Assembly: GCA_022841985.1 (NCBI GenBank)
Contig: JALHQL010000001.1
Span: forward strand, 71,529 to 126,437
Source of the DNA: Minisyncoccota bacterium
Lineage (GTDB): Bacteria; Patescibacteriota; Minisyncoccia; Phycocordibacterales; Phycocordibacteraceae
Direction of reading: 5' to 3'
DNA: 54,909 nt
The notes under the pieces were generated by a model that saw nothing but the letters and a program-made list of their open reading frames with translations, did no database searches and was not told the origin of the DNA. The position numbers and the translations under genes were made by a program. How positions within the stretch are numbered: position 1 is the first letter of the stretch; each line of letters starts with the position of its first letter. This document shows, one piece after another, positions 18,861 through 30,266 of this stretch.

Positions 18861-21800
18861 TCAACGAGGAGTGCGTGGAGCGAAACTTGTCGTTCGCGTT
18901 GTCGAAGGTGCTGGCGTTGAAGCTGTGCGGTCAGACTGAAGTTTCGCGATATGCACATGTTTCTTGCTGCCTACGAAACCAGTGCCGGACGGAATAAGTC
19001 GGCCAAGAATCACGTTCTCCTTAAGGCCACGGAGGCGGTCCACCGAGCCGCGAAGCGCTGCATTGATGAGAATCTTTGTAGTCTGCTCAAAGGATGCCGC
19101 CGAGAGGAATGAGCGACGAGAAAGTGCGCTTTCTTTGATACCAAGCACTATTTCGCGTGCTTGCGGCAAGAGTTTGCCGGCTTCTTTCATCTCTGCAATC
19201 GCTTTGACAATTTCCCAATCTTCGACAATGTCGCCGACTGAGTAATCTGTGTCGCCCGCTTCGGTAATTTTCACCCGCGAGAACATTTGCTTCACGACAA
19301 CCTCAAGATGTTTGCGGGATACTGGCGCGCCTTGAAGTTCATAGATCTTCGATGCTTCAGTAATAATATACTCCTGCACCATTGCGCGGTCCGCAAACTC
19401 AAAAAGTTCATCGAGATCTGCAGAACCATCGGTGAGGATTTGTCCCTTCACGACTGTATCACCCTCTTTTACCAAAGGAACGCGCGGATACGGCGCAAGG
19501 TATTCGTATGCTGATCCATCTTTCTTCCCTTGTCCTGCTACCGACGCAACAACTATAACTTTCTCACGACCTTCATCTTTTATTTCCGTGACAAGACCGT
19601 CGGACTTCGAAATAACAGCTGGATTTTTCGGCGAACGCTTTTCGAAGACTTCTTCAACGCGCGGGAGACCACTCGTGATGTCGCCCCCAACCGATGCGAC
19701 TCCTCCGGCGTGGAAGGTGCGCATCGTGAGTTGTGTACCAGGTTCGCCAATAGCTTGTGCCGCAACCGTGCCGACTGCTTCGCCCATATCGACGAGATCT
19801 TGGGTCGTAAGATCCATACCGTAACAGGTCTGGCAAACGCCATAACGTGTCTCGCATGACATAGGCGATCGCGATACGATTGTTTCGACTGTCGAAGCAT
19901 TGAGGACTTCGGCATCTTTGGTAGAAAGATAATGTCCCTTCTTGAACAGTACTGTGCCGTCCTTATCTTTTGCATCTTCAGCGAGCACACGACCACGAAG
20001 AGCTTCCGCATAATTCGTCTGGATGCCGGAAGCACTCACGCGATTGATCTTCACGCCGCGGCTCGTACCGCAATCTTTTTCAGTAACAATAGAGTCCTGA
20101 GCAACGTCGAAAAGACGGCGTGTGAGATACCCGGCTTTTGCGGTACCAAGCGCCGTATCGGTGAGACCTTTGCGCGCGCCGTGGGTAGACATGAAATACT
20201 CAATCGGATTCAATCCCTCGATCATCGAGGAAATGATTGGGACTTCAATCGTTACGCCGGCCGTATTTTGGATGAGGCCCTTCATACCTGCCATTTGGGT
20301 CAAGTTACCAAGCGTGCCTCGAGCGCCTGAACGTACCATGTCAGCGACGGAACCCATCGGATTGAGTTCAAGAGCGATCTGCTCTTCGACTGCCTGCTTC
20401 GTACCCTGCCAGATCTCGATAGCCATGCGACGTTTCTCTTCTGCAGCGAGCAATCCGTTTCGATAATCGTCTTCGATCTTCGCAACTTTGGCGGCTGCTT
20501 CAGCGACAATGCGTGATTTCTCTTTCGGCACGGAAACATCATTGATCGCCCACGAAATGCCAGAGCGCGTTGCATAATCAAAACCGAAACGCTTCACCTT
20601 GTTCACAATGTTCGGCACTGCGTCGAGACCGTACCGTGCGATACAGTCGGTGACAATACGCGCGAGCACTTTCTTTGTGATGGTTTCATTGACAAACGGG
20701 TAATCGGCGGGCAGCACCGTATTGAAGAGAAGCCGACCGACAGTCGTTTCGAACGTATGCCCGTCAAACGCTCCATACTTTTCTTTCCCAGTGACCGGTA
20801 ACACATTAATCTTCGCGCGAAGATCGATCGCGCCGTATTCGGAGGCAAGGATTGCTGCGTTCGGCGAAGCAAAATATTCGCCCTCGCCCTTTACTTTTTC
20901 GACGGCTTTCGTGAGCCAATAGACGCCGAGAATAATATCGAGCGGCTTGCCAGTAAGCACAATCATTTCTCCCGAACCTGGCTTCAAAATATTCTTGTTG
21001 GCGCTCATAATGTTAGCCGCTTCCCACTGTGCTTCTTCTGAGAGCGGCACGTGTACCGCCATCTGGTCGCCGTCGAAGTCCGCATTGAATGCGTTACAGA
21101 CAAGCGGGTGCAGCTGGATAGCGTCACCTTCAATAAGACGCGGACGGAATGCCTGAATACCCTGGCGGTGGAGAGTCGGGGCGCGATTGAGGAGTACATA
21201 TTTACCCTTAATAGCTTCTTCAAGAAGCTCCCATACTTCAGCGACACCGTCTTCAATGAGACGCCCTGCGCCACGGATGTTGAATGCGAGTTCGCGTTCA
21301 AGAAGTCCTGCAATGACGAACGGGCGGAAGAGTTCGAGCGCCATATGTTTCGGAAGACCGCATTCATCGAGCTCAAGATCGGGACCGACGACGATGACCG
21401 AACGACCAGAATAATCAACTCGTTTGCCGAGCAGGTTCTGGCGGAAATAGCCCTGCTTACCCTTGAGATAATCGGCAAGCGATTTAAGCGGACGGCGTTG
21501 CGCCATCGTCATAGCTCCTGCAGCGGCGCCGCTCTTCCTGATGGAATTATCGAGAAGCGCGTCAACTGCTTCCTGCAAAATGCGCTTCTCATTGCGCAAA
21601 ATGACTTCCGGCGCATGGATGTCGATGAGTTTTTTGAGTCGGTTATTGCGATTGATAACTCGACGATACAAGTCGTTTACGTCAGAAGTCGCGTGACGAC
21701 CGCCTTCAAGTGCGACCATCGGGCGAAGTGCTGGCGGAATGACTGGAATGCGCGTAAGGAAGAGCCACTCAGGACGAGTGCCTGAAGCGATGAGACCGGC

Positions 21801-22583
21801 GATAAGTGAGAGACGTTTCGCGAGCTTCTCGCGTTCAGCAGCACCAGAAGCCTCGTACTTCGCAGCGAGCGTTTTCTCGAGATCCTTGAGATTAAGTTTA
21901 CAGAAAATATCATAAATTGCCTCGGCACCAATGCGTGCTTCGAAAAGGCCTCCGTACTTCACCGAGAAGCGGTGATATTCGAGCTCGTCAAGCACCTTGC
22001 CGACCACGATGCCGTCAATTTCAGCTTTCGTGAGTGTCATCTTCTCCTTAAGAGCATCGCGTTCCTTATCACTTCCAAGCGATTTGTATTTTGACTTATA
22101 CTCGCTCTCAAGATCAGCAAGAAGACGTTTCTTTTCTTCATCGACAATTTTGGTAATTATGTAGCCAGCAAAATAGACGACTTTCTCGATATCCGTTGCA
22201 GAAGCGCCGAGAAGGAGTGCCATGCGGGAAGGAACGCTACGCAGAAACCAGATGTGCGCGACCGGCGTGCACAGTTCAATGTGGCCCATGCGCTCTCTGC
22301 GCACGACTGAACGCGTAATCTCAACTCCGCATTTATCGCAGACGATACCCTTATAGCGGATACCTTTATATTTGCCGCAATAGCACTCGTAGTCCTTTTC
22401 CGGACCGAAGATTTTCTCGTCGAAAAGCCCGTGTTTTTCGCTTCTCTGGGTGCGATAATTGATCGTCTCAGGCTTCGTTACTTCGCCTGAGGACCACGCA
22501 AGAATGCGTTCTGGCGAGGCGAGTGCGAGACGCAATCCGTTCCAGGTGTCGCGTGGCGGAAGTCTGCGGGGAGTGAATGCCAT
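18861..22583 (-). CDS. rpoC: RNA polymerase beta' subunit
   Basis: [33 protein letters not shown]. Confidence 0.99.
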   Translation of the reverse strand: MAFTPRRLPPRDTWNGLRLALASPERILAWSSGEVTKPETINYRTQRSEKHGLFDEKIFGPEKDYECYCGKYKGIRYKGIVCDKCGVEITRSVVRRERMGHIELCTPVAHIWFLRSVPSRMALLLGASATDIEKVVYFAGYIITKIVDEEKKRLLADLESEYKSKYKSLGSDKERDALKEKMTLTKAEIDGIVVGKVLDELEYHRFSVKYGGLFEARIGAEAIYDIFCKLNLKDLEKTLAAKYEASGAAEREKLAKRLSLIAGLIASGTRPEWLFLTRIPVIPPALRPMVALEGGRHATSDVNDLYRRVINRNNRLKKLIDIHAPEVILRNEKRILQEAVDALLDNSIRKSGAAAGAMTMAQRRPLKSLADYLKGKQGYFRQNLLGKRVDYSGRSVIVVGPDLELDECGLPKHMALELFRPFVIAGLLERELAFNIRGAGRLIEDGVAEVWELLEEAIKGKYVLLNRAPTLHRQGIQAFRPRLIEGDAIQLHPLVCNAFNADFDGDQMAVHVPLSEEAQWEAANIMSANKNILKPGSGEMIVLTGKPLDIILGVYWLTKAVEKVKGEGEYFASPNAAILASEYGAIDLRAKINVLPVTGKEKYGAFDGHTFETTVGRLLFNTVLPADYPFVNETITKKVLARIVTDCIARYGLDAVPNIVNKVKRFGFDYATRSGISWAINDVSVPKEKSRIVAEAAAKVAKIEDDYRNGLLAAEEKRRMAIEIWQGTKQAVEEQIALELNPMGSVADMVRSGARGTLGNLTQMAGMKGLIQNTAGVTIEVPIISSMIEGLNPIEYFMSTHGARKGLTDTALGTAKAGYLTRRLFDVAQDSIVTEKDCGTSRGVKINRVSASGIQTNYAEALRGRVLAEDAKDKDGTVLFKKGHYLSTKDAEVLNASTVETIVSRSPMSCETRYGVCQTCYGMDLTTQDLVDMGEAVGTVAAQAIGEPGTQLTMRTFHAGGVASVGGDITSGLPRVEEVFEKRSPKNPAVISKSDGLVTEIKDEGREKVIVVASVAGQGKKDGSAYEYLAPYPRVPLVKEGDTVVKGQILTDGSADLDELFEFADRAMVQEYIITEASKIYELQGAPVSRKHLEVVVKQMFSRVKITEAGDTDYSVGDIVEDWEIVKAIAEMKEAGKLLPQAREIVLGIKESALSRRSFLSAASFEQTTKILINAALRGSVDRLRGLKENVILGRLIPSGTGFVGSKKHVHIAKLQSDRTASTPAPSTTRTTSFAPRTPR

Positions 22584-22608
22584 AAGTGGTTTAAGAAAAT
22601 TAATAAAG

Positions 22609-25600
22609 TTACGCCTCTGGTTCCGGCGGCAAATTCAAAGGCTCGATATCGAGCGCAAGACCGCGGATCTGATTGGTAAGCACGGCGAATGATGCTGGCG
22701 TACCAGAATGACTGATTGCCTCACCCTTCACGATTGCATCGAATGCCGCCGAGCGGCCCTGAATATCATCTGACTTGATAGTGAGCATTTCGCGGAGCGT
22801 ATAGGCAGCACCGTAACCAAGAAGTGCCCATACTTCCATTTCGCCGAAACGCTGACCGCCGTTCTGCGCTTTGCCGCCCAAAGGTTGCTGAGTGATGAGA
22901 CTGTAGGGACCAATCGAGCGCATGTGGATCTTGTCTTCCACCATGTGATGTAATTTGAGGATATACATATACCCAACTGCGATTGTCTGTGCAAAAGCAT
23001 CTCCCGTACGACCATCGTAGAGCTGCATTTTCCCATCCGAAGAAAAACCGGCAGCGGCAAGTTCACTGCGAATTTCGTCCGGAGTTGCTCCCGAGAACGG
23101 TGGGATAACTGCTTGATAACCGAGTGTATGTGCCGCAAGTCCGAGATGCATCTCGAGAATCTGTCCGAGATTCATACGAGATGGAACGCCAAGCGGCGTA
23201 AGGATGAGATCGATTGGATTTCCGTCTTTGTCATAGGGCATATCGGCAACCGGCAAAATACGACTGATGACACCTTTGTTGCCGTGACGGCCAGAAAGCT
23301 TGTCGCCGACCGAGACGTTACGCACCTGTGCGACCGTAACAACAATTTTCTTGAAGATACCGCTTTCGAGCTGGTCGCCCTTCTCGCGCGAGAAAATGCG
23401 AACACCGATGACGCGACCTTTCTTGCCGCCCTCCATACGAAGCGACGTGTCCTTCACATCTTTTGCCTTATCGCCAAAGATACTGCGCAAGAGACGCTCT
23501 TCTGGCGTGAGCTGCGTCTCCCCTTTTGGAGTTACTTTGCCCACAAGGATATCGCCCGGACGCACCTCTGCACCAATACGGATGACTCCCTCTTCATCGA
23601 GATTCTTGAGGCGCATTTCGCCAACATTTGGAATATCGTGCGTTGTCGTCTCGGGACCAAGTTTTGTATCGCGAACCACACAATCAAAATCTTCAATATG
23701 AACCGTCGTAAATTTAGCCTCTTGCACCAATCTTTCCGAGATGATAATAGCGTCTTCGTAGTTGGCTCCATTCCAGCTCATGAATGCGATACGCACGTTC
23801 TGTCCGAGAGCAAGCTGTCCCTGATCGGTAGAAGAGTTGTCCGCGAGAACATCACCCTTCTTGACTTTGTCGCCGAGCGCGACCGATGGGCGATGCATAA
23901 ATGCAGAATTTTGGTTCGTTTGAGTGAGGCCTTGAAGACGGTACTCTTTCGATGCTCCCTCCGAATTCTTTAGAGTAATTTTTCGTGCATCGACATGCAC
24001 AACCTCTCCAGATTCTTGCGCGAGTACGAGACGACCAGTGTTCTTTGCGGCATGACCCTCAATGCCAGTCGCAACGAGCGGAACCTCTGGGATAAGAACC
24101 GGGGTTGCTTGTTTCTGCATGTTTGAACCCATCAACGCTCGGTTTGCATCATCATGATCGACGAATGGGATCATCGATGTCGCGATAGAGAACATCTGAA
24201 ACGTTGAAGCGTCCATGAGAGTAATGTCCTCACGCGGAACGAGAACTGGTTCGCCTTTGTGACGAGCTTCGACAACGTCCGTACTGATATGGTCGTTCTC
24301 GTCGAGCTTGGTCGCACCATGCGCTACTACCTCGTTCTCTTCATCAAGCGCATTCATGTACACAACCTCCTTGGTCACTTTTCCGTTCTTCACCCGAGCA
24401 TACGGGGTCTCGATGACACCAAGGTCATTGGTGCGTGCATGAGTTGCCATATGCAAGATAAGCCCGATGTTCTGACCTTCTGGCGTATGGATTGGACACA
24501 AACGTCCGTAATGGGAAGGGTGCACGTCACGCACTTCGAAACCAGCACGCTCTCGGGTAAGACCGCCGGGACCGAGTGCCGAGAGTGTGCGCATGTTCTC
24601 AAGCTCAGCAAGAATATTCTGCTGATCCATAAACTGCGAAAGCTGGTTGGCGGTGAAGAATTCGTGCACTGAGGCGTGGAAAGGGCGTGGGTTCACGAGC
24701 GCCATAGGAAGGGTTGTTTCGGTAGGTGTCGTCGACATACGATCCTGAATATTGCGTTTCATACGACTCATGCCAACACGCATACGAGCTTGCAAAAGTT
24801 CGCCAACGAAACGGACTCGACGGAAGCCGAGATGATCAATGTCGTCAGAATGAGCGGACGGATCGGCATTCAACTTCGTAATTTCTGAAATGATGCGGAC
24901 AAAATCCGAGAGCGTGAGCGTACGCTTTTCAAGAGACTTTTCTGTCATGGGGAGATCGAAACGTGCATTCAAGCGGTGACGACCGACTTTCCCGAGGTCG
25001 TAGCGCTCAGCTGAGAAGAGCGATTGTACAAAATTCTTTGCATTCTCAGGAGTTGCGAGATCTCCGTCGCGCATACGGCGATGTATCTCGATATACGATT
25101 CTTCGACTGACTTTGCTTCGTCATGTGCGATTGTCGCTTCTATCGCAGCTTTTGCAAGAGGGTCTTTCGCGAAATGTTTGAGCGTAGCTTCACCAACTCC
25201 GCCACCAAAGACCGTGAGGAGTTGTGTAATAGGAAACTTGCGCTTCCGATCAATCTTCACGAAGATTGCCCCATCTGCCTCTGAATCGATTTCAATCCAT
25301 ACTCCACGGAGCGGGATGATTTTTGCACCAAAGTATGGCTTCCCGCGGATAAGATCCGAAACGAAAAATGCTCCGAACGAGCGAGCGAGCTGCGGTACAA
25401 TAGCGCGCTCAACACCGGACACGATAAAAGAGCCGTGTGGCGTCATAATCGGCATGTCCGTGAGGAAAATCTCTTGCGATTTTTCAGAACCAAGCGTCTT
25501 ATTGGTAAGCTTCACGGAAACACGCACTCCTGCCTCATAAGTGCGCATATTTTCGCGTGCAAATTCTTCGTCGTACTTCGGTTCCCCGATCTCAAAACTT

Positions 25601-25785
25601 TCAAACTCAAGCTCGAACTTCTTGCCCGAATAGTCGGTAATCGGTGAGAATTCTTTAAAAAGTTCCTTTAGACCGTCCGTGAGGAGCCAGTCGAACGAAC
25701 CGCGCTGATGCCCAACAAGGTCTGGAAATGCTACCCGTGGCGCCCGATATGCACCGAAAGTTTTCTGGACGATTTTCTTTTGCAT
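22609..25785 (-). CDS. rpoB: RNA polymerase beta subunit
   Basis: RDVHPSHYGR, GDKLSGRHGNKG, GGQRFGEMEVWAL. Confidence 0.99.
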   Translation of the reverse strand: MQKKIVQKTFGAYRAPRVAFPDLVGHQRGSFDWLLTDGLKELFKEFSPITDYSGKKFELEFESFEIGEPKYDEEFARENMRTYEAGVRVSVKLTNKTLGSEKSQEIFLTDMPIMTPHGSFIVSGVERAIVPQLARSFGAFFVSDLIRGKPYFGAKIIPLRGVWIEIDSEADGAIFVKIDRKRKFPITQLLTVFGGGVGEATLKHFAKDPLAKAAIEATIAHDEAKSVEESYIEIHRRMRDGDLATPENAKNFVQSLFSAERYDLGKVGRHRLNARFDLPMTEKSLEKRTLTLSDFVRIISEITKLNADPSAHSDDIDHLGFRRVRFVGELLQARMRVGMSRMKRNIQDRMSTTPTETTLPMALVNPRPFHASVHEFFTANQLSQFMDQQNILAELENMRTLSALGPGGLTRERAGFEVRDVHPSHYGRLCPIHTPEGQNIGLILHMATHARTNDLGVIETPYARVKNGKVTKEVVYMNALDEENEVVAHGATKLDENDHISTDVVEARHKGEPVLVPREDITLMDASTFQMFSIATSMIPFVDHDDANRALMGSNMQKQATPVLIPEVPLVATGIEGHAAKNTGRLVLAQESGEVVHVDARKITLKNSEGASKEYRLQGLTQTNQNSAFMHRPSVALGDKVKKGDVLADNSSTDQGQLALGQNVRIAFMSWNGANYEDAIIISERLVQEAKFTTVHIEDFDCVVRDTKLGPETTTHDIPNVGEMRLKNLDEEGVIRIGAEVRPGDILVGKVTPKGETQLTPEERLLRSIFGDKAKDVKDTSLRMEGGKKGRVIGVRIFSREKGDQLESGIFKKIVVTVAQVRNVSVGDKLSGRHGNKGVISRILPVADMPYDKDGNPIDLILTPLGVPSRMNLGQILEMHLGLAAHTLGYQAVIPPFSGATPDEIRSELAAAGFSSDGKMQLYDGRTGDAFAQTIAVGYMYILKLHHMVEDKIHMRSIGPYSLITQQPLGGKAQNGGQRFGEMEVWALLGYGAAYTLREMLTIKSDDIQGRSAAFDAIVKGEAISHSGTPASFAVLTNQIRGLALDIEPLNLPPEPEA

Positions 25786-25980
25786 GAAGCGTAACGTGAA
25801 GGGGTGAGTAATCTTTCTCTAAATATATAAATGCGAACGCACGGAAATAAATCCGCTTTCGCTTATGCGTTTCTTCGGTTCCTATATGAATCTCCGCCCT
25901 CCGTTACTCATTCGTATCTAAGGTCTTTACTGTATCAGTCCTCCCATATTTATGCAAGCAAATCCTGTGGGGATAAAGAA

Positions 25981-26637
25981 TTATTGCTTCTTACGCCATG
26001 CATCGATATTCGCATGATGTCCGGTTTGGAGAACTTTGGGAACTCGATAATTCTTCTTTTTATATGAAATCGTTTCCGGCCGAGTATAGACTGCGCGTGA
26101 GGCAATACGACGTTCTTCGACTGACGTGTCTTTGCCAAGGACGCCTGGGATGCGGCGCGTAACCGCATCGACGACAGCGAGTGCCGGGACCTCCCCACCG
26201 GTGTAGACCGCCTCGCCGACCGCAAACTCTTTTACTGTCGCCAGTGTCTTAAGCATTTTCTTCGCGCGCTCATCGATACCTTCATATCGACCGCATACAA
26301 GCACGACGTCGTCATATTTCATGAGCGTGTCAGCATCTTTGTTCGTAAATTGCTTGCCGCTTGGCGAGAACCAAATGATGACGCAGCGGCGCTCCGCGCC
26401 GCTGCGAATTTTAAGAGCCTTCTCCACCGCCTTCACAACTGGTAGGGCAGTCATCACCATACCGGGACCGCCGCCATAAGGACGTTCATCTACCTTGCCC
26501 CATTTATTTTCTACGAAATCGCGAGGACTCTGATAACTCACCGAAATCTTTTTCTCCTTTCGCGCACGACCGATGATCGATGCCGAGAGATAGGCATCGC
26601 AGGCTTCTCTAAACAACGTAATAAGATGAAATTTCAC
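25981..26637 (-). CDS. trmD: tRNA (guanine-N1)-methyltransferase
   Basis: RPYGGGPGMV, CGRYEGIDER, YTGGEVPA, YTRPE. Confidence 0.96.
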   Translation of the reverse strand: MKFHLITLFREACDAYLSASIIGRARKEKKISVSYQSPRDFVENKWGKVDERPYGGGPGMVMTALPVVKAVEKALKIRSGAERRCVIIWFSPSGKQFTNKDADTLMKYDDVVLVCGRYEGIDERAKKMLKTLATVKEFAVGEAVYTGGEVPALAVVDAVTRRIPGVLGKDTSVEERRIASRAVYTRPETISYKKKNYRVPKVLQTGHHANIDAWRKKQ

Positions 26638-26639
26638 TT

Positions 26640-26957
26640 CTATAATTCCTCAACGACCTGCTCAACCGTCTTTGATTCCTGTCCTTCTCCAGAAATCGGT
26701 AATCGCTTGCCTCCGACCGGTTCATTGATCTTGAGATTGACACGTGCATTCCCTTTCATACCAACGACACGCAATAGGATGCGCAAAGCCTCAGCAGTCT
26801 TTCCACTCTTACCAATAATCTTACCCATATCCTCGGGATGAACCGTAAGCGTGAGCAATACCCCCATTTGGTCTATCGTGCGTGTAGTCTCGACCAGCTC
26901 TGGATGGTCGGCCAGTGCCTTTACCGCGTATTCGAGAAATGCCTGATCTAGTTCCAT
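26640..26957 (-). CDS. khpA: KH-domain RNA-binding protein (KhpA/YlqC)
   Basis: DMGKIIGKSGKTAEALR; lies between rpsP and trmD. Confidence 0.9.
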   Translation of the reverse strand: MELDQAFLEYAVKALADHPELVETTRTIDQMGVLLTLTVHPEDMGKIIGKSGKTAEALRILLRVVGMKGNARVNLKINEPVGGKRLPISGEGQESKTVEQVVEEL

Positions 26958-26999
26958 GATGGGGATATTGGTGTATGTCCGCCACTGGCGGATAGTGAG

Positions 27000-27401
27000 T
27001 TAGGCTACAGGAACCTCTTCTGCTGCTGGTACTGCTTCTGCGACAACCTCTGTTTCTGCCGCCTTTGCTACCTTCATCTCCTCAACCGCTGCCGCTGCTT
27101 CTGCAGCTATTGCCTCCTCACTCTTTTGTGGAGTCTTCTTCGGAAGCACATTCACTTTCTTGCCTGTGATGACTCCCTTATTGATAAGAAGGTTGCGGAT
27201 GGAATCTGTCGGCTGGGCGCCTTTCGCAATCCAATCCTTCACACGAGAATCATCCAGAGTCAATTCCTTGCTGCGCGGATTATAGGTGCCGAGCAGCTCA
27301 ACAATATTGCCTGCCTTTGCCGCACGCTCTTTCTCCAATACGACAATACGAAACGCCGGAGCATTAGTCCGGCCGATGCGCTGAAATCGAATCATCAACA
27401 T
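27000..27401 (-). CDS. rpsP: 30S ribosomal protein S16
   Basis: MLMIRFQRIGR, FRIVV, LGTYNP, GAQPTD; acidic Ala-rich tail. Confidence 0.96.
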   Translation of the reverse strand: MLMIRFQRIGRTNAPAFRIVVLEKERAAKAGNIVELLGTYNPRSKELTLDDSRVKDWIAKGAQPTDSIRNLLINKGVITGKKVNVLPKKTPQKSEEAIAAEAAAAVEEMKVAKAAETEVVAEAVPAAEEVPVA

Positions 27402-27579
27402 AGTAGGGGCACAGTACCAGAATCGGCCGAAAATCGCAACCGCGACCGCACGCGACTCCATCTTCGAAAACTCAATATAAGCGCTCGTTCAGAGAAGTCG
27501 AGTGACTGAAAACACTCATTCGTATTTCCTCACTTTGCACCTGTAGCAGAAGCTCCATAATATTGCTAGAGTACAAGAA

Positions 27580-29559
27580 ATGTCCGCGGACACCCTCTAC
27601 GAAGGCCCTATTACGATGACTCGAAAAGGTTTCGGGTTTTTCGCCATGCCTGCGGAGACGCTCGTCGCCGGGGGCACTGCGACGAAAGAAAAGGAGGACC
27701 TACTTATCCCACCCGAATGGACGAACCATGCGCTTTCGGGCGACATCGTGAAAGTAGCCCTCGCTGGCACTTATCGCGACCCTTCAGGACGGATGCCTGC
27801 ACGCGAGGCTGGCAAGGTAGTCGGAATAGTCTCACGAGCTCGAGAAACTTTTGTCGGATCATTTGTGGAAGAAGGCGATAAGACACTTCTTATTCCCGAC
27901 TACAAGAAGATGCACGTACCCGTCGAAGTGCGCGATACGAAAGGAGCTCCGCTCGGTTTCAAAGTACTTGTTCGTATTAAAGGATGGGACGAGGGCTCAT
28001 TACATCCCTGGGGAGTCGTCGAAGACATCATTGGCAAAGTAGGCGTACACGAGACCGAAATGCGCGCCTTAGCGCTCGGACAAGGCTTCTCAAGCGATTT
28101 CCCTCCCGGCGTCGTTGCAGACGCGGAGCAGCTTGAAAAAAATGGTGCCGCGATACTCGCCGAAGAAGCCGCAAATCCGAAGCGCCGTGATTTCAGAAAC
28201 GTCGCGACATGTACCATCGACCCTTTTGACGCAAAGGACTTTGACGATGCTCTCTCGGTACGACGAATCGATACTGAAACCATAGAAGTTGGTGTCCATA
28301 TCGCTGACGTATCCTATTTCGTGAAGCCAGGAACAGGACTCGACAAAGAGGCGGTAGAACGTGCAACAAGTGTGTATCTCGTCGATCGAACTATCCCCAT
28401 GCTTCCTGAAGTTCTGTCAAACGATCTCTGCTCACTTAAACCGGACGAAGATCGGCTCGCGGTTTCTGCAGTCTTCACTCTTGACCGCGATGCAAATGTA
28501 AAAGATGCGTGGTTTGGCGAAACGGTCATTCACTCGAATAAACGCTTTACCTATGAAAATGCTCAAGAGGTGCTTGATGCGGGCAAAGGCGTTATGCATG
28601 AAGAGCTCTCGCTCCTCCTCGACCTATCAAAGAAGATCCGTGCACGCCGCCAAGCCAAGGGCGCTATTGAATTCGATACCGCTGAAGTAAAGGTGGAGCT
28701 CAATGCTGAAGGAAAACCAATCGCTATCCGTCTAAAGGAACGCAAGGCAACGAATCTCCTCATTGAGGACTTCATGTTGCTCGCAAATGAGGCGGTAGCC
28801 AAACATCTTTCGAAGCTCACGAAAAACGGTGGCCCACACTTCTATTCGCTCTACCGCATCCACGACGCACCAGATACTGATCGCATTGAGAATCTCGCGA
28901 ATCTCCTCCGCATCATGGGTTACCATTTGAAAACATCCGGCGCAGGAAACGTTACCGGTGCAGAATTAAATAAGCTTCTTGAATCGGTAAAAGGGAAACC
29001 GGAAGAGTATTTGGTAAAGACAGCCGCCCTACGTTCTATGAGCAAGGCAGTCTATTCAACGCGCAATATCGGACACTTCGGGCTCGCATTCGATTTTTAT
29101 ACTCACTTCACATCGCCGATTCGGCGGTATCCTGACCTTGTCGTACACCGCCTTATTAAGGCTCACGCGGATGGCGACCCAATCACTGCGCAAGAGATGC
29201 AGACATTTGATCAACTAGCACTCCATGCTTCCGAACGCGAAGTTGCGGCCGCAAGCGCCGAACGCGATTCAATCAAAATGAAGCAGGTTGAGTTCCTTGC
29301 CGAACGCGTCGGCGAAATCTTCGACGCGGTTATCTCAGGAGTCACTGAGCGCGGACTCTACGTCGAAGAGCAGACGACACACACCGACGGCATGATCCGC
29401 ATCAAAGACGTGGGTGATGATTATTTTGAATACGATGAGAAGAACTACCAACTCCTCGGCCGTCGCACCCGCAAATCTTTCCGTCTCGGCGATCCAATCA
29501 AGGTTAAACTCGCTGCCGTGCGCACCGCCGAGAAAGAACTTGATTTCGTACCGGCATAA
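27580..29559 (+). CDS. rnr: Ribonuclease R
   Basis: TIDPFDAKDFDDALS, HIADVS, EDFMLLANE, HFTSPIRRYPDL, S1 domain. Confidence 0.96.
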   Translation: MSADTLYEGPITMTRKGFGFFAMPAETLVAGGTATKEKEDLLIPPEWTNHALSGDIVKVALAGTYRDPSGRMPAREAGKVVGIVSRARETFVGSFVEEGDKTLLIPDYKKMHVPVEVRDTKGAPLGFKVLVRIKGWDEGSLHPWGVVEDIIGKVGVHETEMRALALGQGFSSDFPPGVVADAEQLEKNGAAILAEEAANPKRRDFRNVATCTIDPFDAKDFDDALSVRRIDTETIEVGVHIADVSYFVKPGTGLDKEAVERATSVYLVDRTIPMLPEVLSNDLCSLKPDEDRLAVSAVFTLDRDANVKDAWFGETVIHSNKRFTYENAQEVLDAGKGVMHEELSLLLDLSKKIRARRQAKGAIEFDTAEVKVELNAEGKPIAIRLKERKATNLLIEDFMLLANEAVAKHLSKLTKNGGPHFYSLYRIHDAPDTDRIENLANLLRIMGYHLKTSGAGNVTGAELNKLLESVKGKPEEYLVKTAALRSMSKAVYSTRNIGHFGLAFDFYTHFTSPIRRYPDLVVHRLIKAHADGDPITAQEMQTFDQLALHASEREVAAASAERDSIKMKQVEFLAERVGEIFDAVISGVTERGLYVEEQTTHTDGMIRIKDVGDDYFEYDEKNYQLLGRRTRKSFRLGDPIKVKLAAVRTAEKELDFVPA

Positions 29560-29592
29560 CTAAAAACCCGGCATGAGCCGGGTTTTTAGTTA
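29557..29592. terminator. Bidirectional terminator
   Basis: Perfect 16-bp stem TAACTAAAAACCCGGC/GCCGGGTTTTTAGTTA containing both convergent stop codons. Confidence 0.85.
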
Positions 29593-29787
29593 TGCCTCGT
29601 TTCGTAAATTTCTTAAACGTTCTGTTTCCTCATGAGCCGCTTCTTCTTCAGGGGTGAGCTTGATATGTCCTCCTTGTTTCAAGGCTTCGATCTGAGCCAA
29701 AGCTTCCTCGCGCTCCGCATCGTTCATTTTTGGTAAATCTCCAACTGGCGATGTTTCCGGCTTTCTGCCAAAAAAATTTTCAAACAT
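29590..29787 (-). CDS. Small acidic hypothetical protein (65 aa)
   Basis: MFENFFGRKPETS...; TGcTATACT 6 nt upstream of ATG. Confidence 0.65.
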   Translation of the reverse strand: MFENFFGRKPETSPVGDLPKMNDAEREEALAQIEALKQGGHIKLTPEEEAAHEETERLRNLRNEA

Positions 29788-29818
29788 GAAGAAAGTATAG
29801 CATGCGCACAAACAAATG

Positions 29819-29844
29819 CGCGGCAAGGCTAAGGCCTTGCCGCG
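29819..29844 (-). terminator. Hairpin/terminator after 97-aa ORF
   Basis: CGCGGCAAGGC-taag-GCCTTGCCGCG. Confidence 0.55.
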
Positions 29845-29850
29845 ACACAT

Positions 29851-30144
29851 TCAAAACGGTGTACCGATAACACGCCCATCAAGACAATCTTCGGGATATG
29901 CCGCATTCGGCACATCCAATTGTATGCCGCTCCCTTTAATTTTAAAAAGGTCGCCAACGCAAACCCAACACCATCCTTGTTTCCACCCCTCCCTCTTGCC
30001 TGATCTCTCCATCCAAAAACGATGAACGTGCAGGCAATAACTATGCGTCGATTCCGGCTCCAGATTTTCAAGACGCACTAAGACACCTTTCTGTAAAACC
30101 GGACCCCGCATACGCAAGAGAAACCACGAGAGCCAATGCAGCAT
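29851..30144 (-). CDS. Hypothetical protein (97 aa)
   Basis: AAAGGAG SD before ATG; followed by a hairpin. Confidence 0.55.
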   Translation of the reverse strand: MLHWLSWFLLRMRGPVLQKGVLVRLENLEPESTHSYCLHVHRFWMERSGKREGWKQGWCWVCVGDLFKIKGSGIQLDVPNAAYPEDCLDGRVIGTPF

Positions 30145-30266
30145 GAGTAACTCCTTTCTTCAATCGGAACATGACTGAATGACTTTTCTACGAAATTGTT
30201 TCAGGAACAAACGACATGTACCACACCCTTTTTTAGTTTTCCGCACTGACTATGCAACAACAACTT

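Noticed and set aside
18964-25647. Long antisense and alternate-frame ORFs within rpoB/rpoC (e.g. 21051-21785, 23113-23973)
   Set aside because: Shadow ORFs arising from codon bias in conserved genes.
18861-25785. Possible inteins or introns in rpoB/rpoC
   Set aside because: Frames are continuous and compact, with no intein or homing-endonuclease motifs.
27646-27675. MPAETLVAGG loop in RNase R as another in-frame hairpin insertion
   Set aside because: Pairing is weak and imperfect; it cannot be supported without orthologue alignment.
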